A DNA stretch of 38,461 nucleotides from Chiloscyllium plagiosum (taxonomy: Eukaryota): contig NC_057720.1 in the NCBI RefSeq assembly GCF_004010195.1, positions 1,635,704 to 1,674,164 on the forward strand, written 5' to 3'. How positions within the stretch are numbered: position 1 is the stretch's first letter; each line of letters starts with the position of its first letter. Shown here one piece after another: positions 1 to 12,525 of this stretch. Both the position numbers and the translations under genes were made by a program. The notes beneath the pieces were generated by a model. The model was given only the letters and a program-made list of their open reading frames with translations, had not been told where the DNA came from and searched no databases.

Positions 1-232
1 GGGTCAGTACTGAGGGAGTTCTATACCATCAAAAGGTCAGTACTGAGGCAATGTCACATTATCAGATGGTCAGTACTGAGGGAGTGCTGCACTGTCAGAG
101 GGTCAGTACTGCGTGAGTGCCGCACTGTCAGAGGGTCAGTACTGAGGGAATGGCACACTGTCGGAGTGTGATTAGTGAGGGAGTGCTACACTGTCAGAGG
201 GTCAGTACTGAGGGAGTGCTCTACTCTTAGAG
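1..232. repeat. 33-bp minisatellite (~7 units; GGTCAGTACTGAGGGAGTGCTGCACTGTCAGAG), related to the Deu-SINE core
   Basis: GGTCAG recurs at 2, 35, 68, 101, 134, 200 (33-bp period; unit at 167 degenerate); runs off window start. Confidence 0.9.
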
Positions 233-1263
233 AGTAATGTGCTGATTGGGTGAGCCTAGGTTATGGCTTCCTTTCTCTGAAGTAGAATTTGAACCCAAAT
301 TATTTGACTCAGGATAGGAATCTTCCACCTAAGTCTGGTTTATACCTTACACATCTTTGACTGTGTAGAGACTGGTATGATACAGACTGAAATTGCATTG
401 AGAGGATGACATGAAAATGTTGCTGTGACAGAGAGGCTTCACTGCTCCTCCTGAAAAGGTGAAGCGAGGCTGCAGACAAAGCAGCTGAGATTGAGGAGAT
501 TGTATGGATGTGGCATGCAGACTCTGCATTCCAGCATAGGTTGTTACTGACTACCTGGCTCCAACAGTATCTGGCAATGTGTTGACACTAGCACATTGCT
601 CACTGCATTCAACATCACACCAACAAAGAACGGGCAACAATTAACTGTGTCTGACAAATTGTTTATGGCCCCCAGCAATGTTATCTTTGCCAAATATCAG
701 GAGGAACTTACTCTGTCAAAAGATGTTTAGCTTGAGAATGGAATGAGGACTGGAGACACATTCTCTCAGAGAAACAGAGCAACAAAGTAAAGTACTGGAA
801 ACAGGTGCAGAAGTTAAAAACACTAAGAACAGCTCTCATTTTTAAAGGACGTTTTTAAACATAAATGTTCATCTTTTTAACCCAGTGCGTCACCATGACA
901 GTTCACATTAATCTTGCTCCCAGGTGTTAACAATTTATATGTTGCTGCATGCAAATTCTCTATGCTCATTTGCCCTGCAATTTTATCAAACTTTGCTGTA
1001 CATGAATTAATGGATAGTGTACTTCTACATTGATTTCAGATCAAACACATTTCACCAAAGTGACAGCATGAAAACAGACTATTCAGCCCTGCTAGTCCAT
1101 GTCAGTTGTTTGTGCTCCTTTGGACGTTGCTGCTTCATAAGATTGTTGGGAAACAAAATATTTCAACTAAAGGAATTGAGATTTATTGTCCATCCCCAAC
1201 TGTCCTGAGAAGTCGTGGTGGTGAGCTGCGTTCTGAAACCATTGCAGTGCTTGCTAAATTATC

Positions 1264-1486
1264 TAGGAGAAAGTGAGGACTGCAGATATTGGAGATCAGA
1301 GTCGAGAGTGTAGTGCTGGAAAAGCACAGCAGGTCAGGCAGCATCCGAGGAGCAGGAGAATCAATGTTTTGGGCATAAGCCCTTCATCAGGAATCCTGAT
1401 GAAGGGCTTATGCCCAAAACACCGAATCTCCTGCTCCTTGGATGCTGCCTGACCTGCTGTGCTTTTCCAGCACTACACTCTTGACC
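1264..1486. mobile_element. Short palindromic Penelope-like element (inverted pLTR arms, decayed hammerheads)
   Basis: Arms ~1301-1392 and ~1394-1485 are reverse complements; 14-bp direct repeat CTTGCTAAATTATC at 1250-1263 and 1487-1500; CTGATGA-AGGGCTTATGCCC motif on both strands. Confidence 0.85.
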
Positions 1487-1689
1487 CTTGCTAAATTATC
1501 AGACTGCTAATCCATGTTTCAGCAACGCATGAATTTTCACAAGTTAAATAGAGTGAAGACGGAAGCCATTGCTTTTCTTCCTGAGTTACGGGCTGCATCC
1601 CTCTCCCTGGCAACAATTGGAGATGAAGCCAGGATGTCACAATCTTAGTGTCAGGTACAATCCTAAGGTTGGTGAGGCCAGGTCCTAAC

Positions 1690-2259
1690 AACATTGCCTG
1701 GCACCACTGTCTCAATTCATCTGCTGCTGAATCCCTCATTCATACTTTTGATACCTCTAGCTGCATTGAAAAACACTCGTTCACTGATCTTGTATATTCT
1801 AACCTTCTAAAACCTGAGGATTAAAACTCACCACCCATACCTGAATTTGTACAGATGTCCTGTTCCTATATCATCCTTGTACTCTCTGAAGCACATCACT
1901 TCCTGATCTTGCAATGCTTTGATTGTAAATTTCCCATCCTTGTTACCAAATCCTCCATAGCTTCCTCCTTTTCTATATCTGTTTCACACCTACATTTCTC
2001 GCCTCCTGTAAATCCCTAACTGTTTTCAATCCAACATTGACAGCTATACCTACAATTACCTGGTCTCCAACTTCTGCAATTCGCCTCCTTGACCCCAGTT
2101 TCCTTCTTTATGACACTGCTTGAAAATGTACTTTTTAGGCCAAGCTTTTGATCACTTGACTTGATACTCGTTCAGTTTCAGTGCTATACTCTGTTTTCTA
2201 ATGAAGTGCCCTGGGATGTTTCATAAGGATATAGGTACTTTCCTAATCTAAGTTGTTGT
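1690..2259 (+). mobile_element. Old L2 LINE 3' fragment
   Basis: Translates LNSSAAESLIHTFDTS (L2-type ...AAETLIHAFVTSRLDY motif); ends in L2-like tail with AAGTTGTTGTT. Confidence 0.6.
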
Positions 2260-2465
2260 TCATGTTGATGCTTTTGACTAAGTGCTGCTGTGAGGTCTGA
2301 GCAAAGTGTATGAGGGATTCCATGCAGACACGATGGGCCAAATGGCCTCCTTCTACACCATAACAATTATGTGCTACCGCGACACAACAGCATCCTGACA
2401 AACACTGATGAAAAGCATTTCTGAAGATGTTTTATCAACCTACTTTAGCTCTTCCAGGGTTCATT

Positions 2466-3685
2466 ATAGAGTTATACAACACAGAAACAGACTCTTTTAT
2501 CCAACTTGTCCATGCTGATCAAATATCCTAAATCAATCTAGTCCCATTTGTCAGCATTTGGCCCATATCCCTCTAAATCCTTTCTATTCATATATCAATC
2601 CAGATGCCTTTTAAATGTTGCAATTGTACCAGCCTCCACCAATTCCTCTGGCAGCACATTCCATACACACACCACCTTCTTCATGAAAAAGTTGGCCCTT
2701 AGGTCCCTTTTAAATCTTTCCCCTCTCACCTTAAATCTATGCCAGCAAGTTTTAGACTCCCCTTAAAAGACCTTGGTTATTCACCATGCCCTCATGATTT
2801 TATAAACCTTTATAAGGTCAACTGTCAGGTTCTGGCACTCCCGGGAAAATGTCCCAGCCTATCCAGCCCCTCCCTATAACTCAAACCCTCCAGTAACAGT
2901 AATATCCTTGTTTATCTTTTCTGCACCCTTTCCAGTTTAATAACATCCTTCCAATAACACGTTGATCAAAATTGTACACAATACTCCAGAAGTGGCCTTA
3001 CCAATCTACTGTAACATGACATGCCAACACTTGTACTCAATGCTCCGACCAATGTAAGGCAAGTCTGCCAAATGCTTCCTTCACCACCCTGTCTACCTGT
3101 GATGCCACTTTCAAGAAAGTGTGTACCTGCACCCCTGGGTCTCTCTGTTCAACAACATTACCCAGGGCCCTATCATTAACTGTGTAAATCCCACCCTGGT
3201 TTGTGTGACCAAAATGCAACACCTTGCATTTACCGCAATTAAATTCTATCTGCCATTCCTCAGCCCATTGGCCCAGCTAATCAAGATCTCGTTATGCTCT
3301 TAGATAACTTTGTTTCATTGTCCAATATACCACCAGTTTTGGTGTCATCTATACTAACCATGCTTCGTATATGCTCATTTAAATCTTTTATGTAAATGAC
3401 AAACAACAGTGGACCCAAAACTGATCTTTGTGGCACACTGCTGGTCACAGGCCTCCAGTCTGAACAACAATCACCACTCTGAGTCTCCTAACATCAAGCC
3501 AATTTTGTATCCAGTTGGCTAGCTCTCCCTCCATCCCATGTATTCCAACCTTACTAATCAGTCTACCATGCATAACCTTGTTGAAGGTCTTCATGTAGAC
3601 AACATCTACCATTTTGCCTTCATCTATCTTCTTGGTCACCTCTTCAAAAGACTCAATCAAGTTTGTGAGAATTGGTAATGTATTC
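2466..3685 (-). mobile_element. CR1 (HER1-like) LINE, 5'-truncated, decayed RT plus 3' UTR
   Basis: ORF pieces LTNLIESFEEVTKKIDEGKMVDVVY...WIQNWL and HFGHTNQG..YTVN..LGNVVEQRDPGVQVH. Confidence 0.9.
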
Positions 3686-3734
3686 CCCCCAGTCATTAAT
3701 ATCAATACTGTCACCCTTCAAGAAGAGTTTTTTG

Positions 3735-4092
3735 AAATTCATTTATAGGATGTGGGCATTACATCATTGTCCTGGAGAAATTGGTGGTGAGCTGCCTTCT
3801 TGAACCAATGCAATCCACGTGCTGTGGGTTGACCCACAATCTCATTAGGAAGAAACTTCCAGGATTTTGATCCAGTGACAGTGAAAGAATGGCAATGTAT
3901 TTCCAAGTTATTATGGTGAGTGGCTTGGAGGGAAACTTGGAAGTGGTGGTGCCTTGCCCTTGTCCTTCTAGCCGTGAGTGGTCATGGGTTTGGAAGGTGT
4001 TCACTAAAGGCCTTTGATGAATTTCTGTAGTGCATCTTGTAGATAGCACACAACACTGCCAGAGTGTCAGTGGTGGAGGGAGTGGATATTTG
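3735..4092 (-). mobile_element. CR1/L2-group LINE (second family) 3' fragment
   Basis: ORF ...TTTSKFPSKPLTIITWKYIA...; same 3' end as copies at 5775, 11373, 19140. Confidence 0.75.
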
Positions 4093-4394
4093 TGGATATC
4101 AGAGTGTGTTATAATTGCTTTCTCAGTCCTCCCTTAGAGAATTCATTGAACAAGACCTGGCAGAATAAATGGATTTCAGCCACACAGATGTTGTCCAGTT
4201 TATTGATTTTGCAGATTTCTCTGAATGATTATAGAACTGCATTCAAGAATGACAATCACACTTGTTTCACACTAACTATTCAGATTTCAACAAATGTTTA
4301 ACAATTGAAAATAAATGTCTGATATTGTCCTATCACAGAATATTTACATTTAGTTTAATGGAGACTGGTCCTTAGCTTTTGCAGGTAAGAAAAC

Positions 4395-4655
4395 AAGTTG
4401 AAAATGTTGTTTAAAAAACGTCTTCAGCTTCGTTAATAGAGGCATACAATATGAAAATAGGGAAATTGTCCAAAACCACAATAAATCACTCATTAAATAC
4501 CAGCAGGAATATTGTGTCCAATTTTGGACCATACATTTTGGAAAGGATGTTGAGGGTTTGGAGAGGGTGCAGAGGAGATTTACTAGAATGGGCGCAGGGA
4601 TGACGATCCTCAGTGAATGTGGAGAAACTGGAAACATTGGGATTGTTCTAAGCTT
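4395..4655 (+). mobile_element. Old CR1 ORF2 C-terminal fragment
   Basis: Encodes EYCVQFW...KDVEGLERVQRRFTRM. Confidence 0.8.
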
Positions 4656-4867
4656 GGAGAACAAAGCTGTGAGCAGAACACATTTTTGACAAAACCCCAA
4701 TTGTTCGATTAGGAACAAGGTGGAAGTTTATGAGCATCAAAAATGATAAGGAGAATGCAACATTGTGCTCATGTGATTTTCCCTAACCTTAGGATTGTAA
4801 AAATGTCAGATCTTTTTGGGATACTGCTTTTATAGAATCATTGAGCTGGACTGTTTGAAGAGGGAAG

Positions 4868-4987
4868 AGGGCTTATGCCCGAAACATTGATTCTCCTGTT
4901 CCTTGGATGCTGCCTGACCTACTGCGCTTTTCCAGCAACACATTTTCAGCTCTGATCTCCAGCATCTGCAGTCCTCACTTTCTCCCC
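4868..4987 (+). mobile_element. PLE 3' terminus (hammerhead truncated) with target-site duplication
   Basis: Homologous to 1264-1486; direct repeat GAGGGAAGAGGGC at 4860-4872 and 4988-5000. Confidence 0.85.
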
Positions 4988-5175
4988 GAGGGAAGAGGGC
5001 AGTACACTTGTAAGAATGCAGCCTCACTGCCTATCCACAAATCCCTGAGCTATTCCCCCATTTCACTGAGCACAGTGGAAACAACAGCTAGCCCTCGCTT
5101 GGGTTAACTGACGCCCCTAAATGGCCAACTAATGGTCACCTAAGCTTCTCGTCTTGTCCTCACTATTATTTTACG

Positions 5176-5841
5176 AACAAGGGAAAGGCAATAAGTGCTG
5201 GCACAGCCAGTGACACCTACACCTTGTGAATGGATTTTAAAAATCATCCCCTGTCTTCGCTTTGCCATGAACCTATGTAGTGATTACTGTGGATGATCCA
5301 TCACCATGGAGTAGCTACACAAGAGGCCTGTTCTGAGATACCAAGAAGATCTTTTTCATGACAGCAGTAATTAAAGGGACACCGCTCAGGTAGAATGAGC
5401 AGGACTGCATGGAACTGGTCCACAACCATCTGCTCCCTCCAAAAGCTCGAGTGAACTTCATATTTCCACACACAGGCCCAGTGTAACATGAGCATTAACC
5501 CTTTCAAAAACATTACTTCATAAACCAGGGCCTATTGCATTCATCCCCATTTTGCCCATTTCTGTAAGTTGCTAAATACCACTTTGTAGGCGAGCTACAC
5601 TTGATGCAATGATGCTGGCTTTCACGATAAGTCGAGGGTATTGGAAGTGTCTGTGTCATGAAAAAGATCTTCTTGATATCTCAGAACAGGCCTCTTGTGT
5701 AGCTACTCCATGGTGATGGATCATCCACAGTAATCACTACATAGGTTCATGGCAAAGCGAAGACAGGGGATGATTTTTAAAATCCATTCACAAGGTGTAG
5801 GTGTCACTGGCTGAGCCAGCACTTATTGCCTTTCCCTAGTT
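5176..5841. repeat. 188-bp inverted duplication (5176-5363 / 5654-5841) with 290-bp spacer
   Basis: Arms are reverse complements with 3 mismatches counted by eye. Confidence 0.95.
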
Positions 5842-6325
5842 ACCCCTTGAGAAGGTGGTGGTGAGCTGCCCTGTTGAACCACTGCAGTCCATGTACTGTA
5901 GGAAAACCCATAATGACACTAGAGACAGAATTCCAGGATTTTGTCCCAGCGACACTGAAGGAATGGTGATATATTTTCAAGTCAGGTTGGTGAGTGGCTT
6001 GGAGGGGAACTTACAATTTGGATGCTTCCATGTATCTGTTGCCCTTGTCTTTCTCAATGGAAGTGGTCATGGTTTTCGAAATTCATCTTTGATGAATTCA
6101 TCTTTGATGAATTTCTGTCGTGCATCTTGTAGATAGTACATACTCCTGTTACTGAGCATCAGTGGTGGAGATAGTGGATGCTTGTGGATGTGGACAATCA
6201 AATGTGCTTCTTTGTCCTGGATGGTGTCAAGCTTCTTGAGTGTTGTTGGAGCTGAACCCATCCAGGTAACTGGGGGGTATTCCATCAAACTCCCGACTTG
6301 TGCCTTGTAGATGGTGGAAAAGCCT
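5775..6325 (-). mobile_element. CR1/L2-group LINE (second family) 3' fragment
   Basis: ORF MEYPPVTWMGSAPTTLKKLDTIQDKEAHLI. Confidence 0.8.
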
Positions 6326-7350
6326 TGACATGGGTGGTGTCAAGATTCTTACCCAGTAACACAAACTGGTTAGAGGTGGTCAATACAAGGTACCAGGAAT
6401 GGTCATCTGGGAAACTACGAAAGCTTGTATTGTTTCACCAAAGGAGTGGATTTCCTCATTAAAACAACAGTATATATTACACTTAGAGTAATTATCAGAG
6501 CCAGATGTTGGTGAAGTGAGTTGGCCAATGCCAGCAATAATAAACAGAGGATACATATTGAAATCTGTCTCAGTTGCCAGGAGGGAAAATAGTCTATTTT
6601 TAGAATCTCTTTAACTATAACAAATGTACTCACTCTGCACCTAACATTTACTGGTGGTTGCCAGATGTATTTTTCTCCTGGTCCTTTTTTTTTGTTTTGG
6701 CACAGGCAATATTTTCTTTTTGGGAAATCAAAACAAACTTGTTTCACACTCATCACAGTCTGAACATCTACCTGGACAGAAAGAACAAAAGTTTCATATT
6801 ATCCATCAGAAACTCAAGAACAAACACAAGTTATAGGTCAATCTCCTTAAATCATGCTATTTTCCCGAATACCAATCATTGCCAGTAATACTCTGCATGT
6901 TTATTCACCAATGCAACATTTCTGATGGAGAGTATAAGGCGGATCAACTCCGTACAAGGCAACATTTTTTTAAGTGCAAACTAATAAAACTGGCCGTGTC
7001 ACTTTTACCATTACAGTGAATCACTGTGTCTATGTTAGAGGATCAAGTCCCAGCACAGAATTTCAGTTTATAATCCAAACTCCTGCTGCAGTGCTGAGAG
7101 AACAGATCAGTGGTTAAAAAAAAATGGATTGTCAAAGAGTCGGTAAGGAATGAGTGCTACCCTGTTGCAGGGGCAAAACTGAGGGACATCTGCATTGTTA
7201 TAGAATTGTATTGGTGGAACATTGTAGTCTCGAGGTGCTTTCTTTCAAATGAATGGAAAAACCCCATAGCACTATCATCAGAAAAAAAAACAGCTGGTTG
7301 GGTGAGATGGCGCTGGGGGAGTTCCTTCCATGGGTTTGAATAGTGTATAT

Positions 7351-7568
7351 TAGAACATAGAACAAAGAGTATATAACAGTGCAGCACAGTATAGCACATG
7401 CCTTTCAGCCCTTGATATTGTGCTGACTTTTATCCTGCTCTAAGGTCAAACATACCCTTCATTTTACTATCATCCTTGTGCCTATCCAAGAGTCACTTAA
7501 ATGTCCCTAATGTCTCTGCTCTACTACCGCTGCTGGCAATGCATTTCACGTCCACAACTCTCTGTGTA
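7351..7568 (-). mobile_element. CR1 3' end fragment
   Basis: TAGAACATAGAACA tail and 3' UTR shared with 28676-29030. Confidence 0.7.
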
Positions 7569-7679
7569 ACTGCTGTGTATTGCTTATCCAACACCTGAAG
7601 ATGTGATCTCACATGTTAACTTCTGTTGGAGCTTGCTCGATCCTAACTGGCAGCCAGGAGCAAGGTGTCTTGCTGCAAG

Positions 7680-8500
7680 GTTTTGGTCAGCCACACCTAG
7701 AATATTATGTTCAGTTTTAGTCTCCTTACCTGAGGAAGGATGTTTCGGCTGTGGAGAGAGTGCACAGCAGATTTACCAGACTGATGGCTGAAATGATGTA
7801 TGAAGAGGGACTGGATCATTTAGGAGTTTAGAAGAATAAGAGGAGGATCTCATAAAAACCTATAAACTTTACATAGAATCCCTACACTGTGGGAACAGGC
7901 CTTTCAGCCCAACAAATCCACCGAACAGTAACCCACCTAGACCCATTCCCCAGATTTACCCTGACTAATGCACCTAACCTGAACATTCTGGGCAATTTAG
8001 CTTGACCAATTCACCTAACTTACACATCTTTGGAATGGGGGAGGAAACCCACACAGACACAGAGAGAATGTGCAAACACCACACAGACAGTCGACTGAGG
8101 CTAAAATCAAACCCAGGTCCCTGGCGCTGTGAGGCAGCAATGCTAACCACTGAGGCACAATGCTGCCCCAGGCCTAGATAGGGTAAATGCAGGAATGATG
8201 TTCCCAATGACCAGACAGTCCAGAATCAGGGTTCACTGTACAAGGATATGGGGTAGGCCATTTAGGACTGAGAAGAGGAGAGGTTTCTTCACTCAGAGAG
8301 CAGCGAGCTTGTGGAATTCTCTGCTAAAGAAACCAGAATGGTTTCAGGGAGTTAGATATAATTCTTAGGGTGAAAAGGACCAAAGGATAGGGAAGAAAGT
8401 GGAATCAGGGGACAGAGTTGGAAGATTAGCTATAATCATACTAAATGGCAGAGCAGGCTCAAAGGGCCGAATGGTCTATTCCTGTTCCTGTATTCTATAC
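7680..8500 (+). mobile_element. Old CR1 3' fragment interrupted by an HE1-type SINE
   Basis: RPHLEYYVQF-like and FFTQR-like motifs either side of the SINE. Confidence 0.7.
7872..8170 (-). mobile_element. HE1-like tRNA-derived V-SINE
   Basis: Reverse complement of the 19778-20084 family (CAGTGGTTAGCATTGCTGCCTCACAGCGCCAGGGACC head). Confidence 0.85.
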
Positions 8501-8759
8501 TAGGCTTCCTATTTAGCCTAATTAATACCAAAAATAAATACTTCATTTGTTTTAAAAGGTTTTGAGATATCCTTAGTCATGAGAAGTTCTATTGAAATGC
8601 ATGTGATGTTGTTTGAGGTGCAAATATTGGCCAGAAAGTAGAGAGAGCTTACTTGTTCTTCTATTTATTAGACCTGGGATCTTGTGTCCTCCTGAGAGGA
8701 CATCTCATCTGAAAGAGAGTATGAGGTGCACTGTGCAGGAGACTTTTAATTCAAAGGAA

Positions 8760-8990
8760 AAATACTCAAGAAGAACAGATTCCAGTTTGTAGAAACAATT
8801 ACCACCTGAGATGGCAGTGGAAATGGGGGAGGATCATTGAATATCTTTGGAACAGAGTTGGATAGATTCTTGTTAAGGAAGGGGTTCAAAGGTGATTTTG
8901 GGTAGATGAGAATGTCGACTTTAAGACAGGACACATTATGAATGGGGAGTGGGCTTGAAGGGCTGTGTAGCCGACCTCTACTCCTATTTT
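8760..8990 (+). mobile_element. Old CR1 3' end remnant
   Basis: GAGTTGGATAGATTCTTG...GGGCTTGAAGGGCTG...CCTCTACTCCTATT resembles other CR1 3' ends in the window. Confidence 0.55.
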
Positions 8991-10120
8991 GAATGTACGT
9001 TTGCATATTCAAAGTGTAAGTTTAGTACAAATTCAGCCGTCTACTTTTGAACAAGGAGAGCCACATTCAAAGTAGAGCAAGCTCACAGACAGGGCTAGAG
9101 TCCTGGAGTATCGATTCTCAGAGGTGAGCCCCCCTGTGGGTATGCTCTACATTCCACAACGTGACACAGAAACACTTCAAATGCTTATTTTTCTTGAAGT
9201 TACACCACACGTTCTTTTGTTTGTTCTATGAATACCCACAGCACATCCATTATTCAATGATGAGTTGAGGGATTTTTGCGGTTGGGGTAATCAGGAATAA
9301 ATTTGGATGAATTTGATATTTGGCATGATGGAATGTTTTGCCTTTGTGCAATCGATACCAAAGTATCTTCAGATGCTTCTGAGCAAGATCAGAGAGCTGT
9401 GCAAAGTGTCCAACAAGCTGATCCTGAAAGGTACTACAGATGGGGAGCATATGGAAGTGCTACTTGTAAAGGAGATGTGCACAATTTATATTTAAAATCT
9501 GTGATATATGTACGGGTGCTGCATATGTGTGAGATGTGGCCTCTTTCTAATGTCAACAATGTGCTGTCATAGATTGGCTCCTTCATCATAAGCATCTTGC
9601 TTACTCAGCTTCATCATCTGTGTGTAACAGTTGGCACTGAAATGTGCACAAAGTGTACAGAGCCAGATGTGAACCAATTCTCAACTTGCATCCCATGTGT
9701 CCTACAGATATTCTATCCCTGCACCAACTCCTCACAATGATTGTGACTCTGAACTCCACAATTTCCATAGGCACCTCCATCTCACTCTATCTTCCTCCTG
9801 CCTCCTAGCTTCAAAGCATGCACAGAGGCTAAAGTAAAAAATGATATGGACGAAATGGGCAGGGTCACGACAGGATACAAAATAAGCTGAGGGATAGAAA
9901 ACAGAATTGTGGTGAATTGCTGCTTGTTGGATAAAAGTAGGTGTTTACCCTTGAGGTGTCCCTTGTCAGTCAAAAACCTGTCTCATTCAGACTTGACTAT
10001 GATCAATAACTCGGCCTCTACTGCCCTTGGGGAAGAGAATTCCAAAAACTAATAATACTCTGATGGAAGAACACCACTTCACCCCACTCACGTCATCTCA
10101 GTATTAAGTGGGAGAGCCAG

Positions 10121-10272
10121 AAAGTACTGGAGAAACTCAGCAAGTCTTTCAGCATGCATAGAGAGAGAAATTAGGCTCACATTCTCAGTCCAGTATGACT
10201 CTAATTCAGAATCAGTTCTGTTTCTGCTGAGTTCCTCAAACACTGTTTGATTTTATTTCCAATATCAGCAGG
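10121..10272. mobile_element. Older PLE-derived terminal remnant with inverted arrangement
   Basis: GGAGAAACTCAGCA followed by its inverse TGCTGAGTTCCTC; related to split element at 28662-30315. Confidence 0.5.
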
Positions 10273-10346
10273 GTTTTTTTTGCTTTTAGTTAAACAGGTG
10301 ATCCGGGTTAGTTGATTGATCAATTGATTGGGCAGATATAATGGGA

Positions 10347-10443
10347 CATTCCCGATGAAGGGCTTATGCATGAAATGTCGATTTCCCTGCTCCTCAGATG
10401 CTGCCTGACCTGCTGTGCTTTTGCAGCACCACACTCTCGACCC
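10347..10443 (+). mobile_element. PLE terminal fragment with decayed hammerhead
   Basis: CCGATGAAGGGCTTATGCATGAAATGTC; flanked by CAGATATAA(T/A)GGGA at 10333-10346 and 10444-10457. Confidence 0.85.
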
Positions 10444-11372
10444 CAGATATAAAGGGATGACAGGTGAGAATTACCAGACTGACCAGTTAATAAACTCAAC
10501 TCACAAAATGGTACCATGGTTTCTGTCCAGCCAGCTGACTTATTTCTGTTACCCAGAGGCTGCTGTAAGGAAACCAAAGTGACATACTCAGATGGGGAGG
10601 CATCAAATTTGATGGCAGAAAGAATGCTGGCATGCCCACAAAATCAAACTCCTTTCAGTGTGTAATAACTAAAAAGACTCTTTTGCCCCCTCCAACAATG
10701 CAGTGCTTCCACAGAACCACATGTTATTTTCCACCTCACCACAGTGTCCCATTTCCTGAAAAGATTCCCATTGCATTGATGATTTGCCACTCATACGTCG
10801 TCAAGACAACCAAAAAAATATTATTTTGGAAAGACAGTTTGTAATGGAAGGGGCATGAAAAGAGAAAAGGACAAAAAGAAAGATAAACTATGCATCAGTC
10901 TGACGCACACATTTTGATTCATCTTGCAAGAGGCATATGTCCAGGATAATACTTTATCTCTGCATTGCAACATCTAAACTGACCAATCTTGTGTGTATGA
11001 ATGCGTATGATTACTTTGCCAATCCTTCAATCACTCAAGAAGGCTCTTTTAAGAATGCTACTGCAAACAGATGTTGTTTATGCATCCAATTCATGCACAT
11101 GGCAAAGGGCCAACGATGGATGACAATAAGGATGAAGTAATTTTAATCATACTTGTGTCCTTTGTAACTGGCCAAACCTTTTAACACAATGCTGACTAAA
11201 GATAGTTTTAGATGTGCTGTGATCCAATTCCTTGTGTGCTGAATCCAGATTTTGTGTTAAAACCAGAGCATAATTAACCATTCCGACTTTCGTAGATGAG
11301 CAGAGATAAAGTCAGTGTACAAAAATGATTAAAAGCTAACGGACACGTAAGCAAATAAAAAAGCATAATTTT

Positions 11373-12415
11373 GTTTTTATTCTTTTGTGGGATGAGGGCA
11401 TCATTGGCTGGGCCAGCATTTATTCCCATCCAGAGTTGTCCCTGAAAAGACGGTGGTGAGCTGCCTTCTTGAACTGATGTAGTCCATGTTCTGTGGGTTG
11501 ACCCACAATGACCTAAGGGAGGGAATTCCAGAATTTTGACAAAGCAACAATGAAGGAATGGTGATCTATGTTTAAATCAGGATGGTGAGTAACTTGGATG
11601 GGAATTCGCAAGTGGTCATGTTCTCATGAATCTACAGCACTCATACTTCGGGATGAAAGTAGTCATGGGTTTGGAAGGTGATGTCTAAGGATCTTTGGTG
11701 AATTTCTGCAGTGCATCTTGTACACACTGCTGCTACTGAGCATTGGTGGTGAAGGGAGTGGATGCTTGTGGAGGTAGTGTCAATCAAGCGGGCTGCCGTG
11801 TCCACAAATGTATCAAGCTTCTTGAGTGTTGTTAGACCGGCACTAATCCAGACAAGTGGGGAGTATTCCATCACACTCCTGACTTGTAGAGGGTGGACAG
11901 GCATTGGGGAGTCAGGAGGTGAGTTACTCGCTGCAATATTCCTAGTCTCTGACCTGCTCTTATAGTCACTGTATTTATATAGTGAGTCCAGTGAGTTTTT
12001 GATTAATGGTAACCCCACAGTGGGGGTTTCTGTGATGCTAACACCATTGAATATTATGGAGTGGTGGTTAGATTCTCTCTTATTGACGATGACCATCGCT
12101 TGGCATTTGTGTGGTGTGAATGATACTTGCCACTTGTTAGTCTAAACCTATTATTGTCCAGATTTTGTTGCACTTGAATCATGGACTGCGTCAATATCTG
12201 AAGAGTGGCAAGTGGCGCTGAACATTATGCAATAATTGGCAAGTATCTTCATTTCTGATCTTATGATGGAGGTAAGGTCGTTGATGAAGTGACTGAAGAT
12301 GGTTCGGTTTAGGACGTTAGCCTGAGGAAATCCTGGTGAGATATTCTAGAGCTGAGATGGCTGACCTTGAACAACCACAACCATCTTCTTATTGCCAGAT
12401 GTGGCTCCAACCATT
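11373..12415 (-). mobile_element. CR1/L2-group LINE (second family), RT C-terminus plus 3' end
   Basis: ORF QVRSVMEYSPLVWISAGLTTLKKLDTFVDTAARLI...IHSLHHQCSVAAVC. Confidence 0.85.
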
Positions 12416-12525
12416 GGAGACAATCTAAAACAATTGAATTTCTTTTCACAACCTCAGCACGTTCCAAAGCACACTATAGTTAATTTACTTTGATTTATTT
12501 TTGAAATGTAGTCACTGTTGTAACG

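Noticed and set aside
1..232. Regularly spaced repeats resembling a CRISPR array
   Set aside because: Head-to-tail units with no unique spacers, no cas genes, vertebrate context
6080..6113. 15-bp tandem duplication with internal hairpin symmetry
   Set aside because: Small repair or slippage scar inside a decayed LINE
6415..6756. 113-aa ORF with hydrophobic stretch
   Set aside because: No recognisable motif; AT-rich with homopolymer runs, consistent with a chance ORF
9037..9572. Overlapping short ORFs and a GAG|GTGAGC donor in unique sequence
   Set aside because: No convincing acceptor/frame combination or recognisable protein
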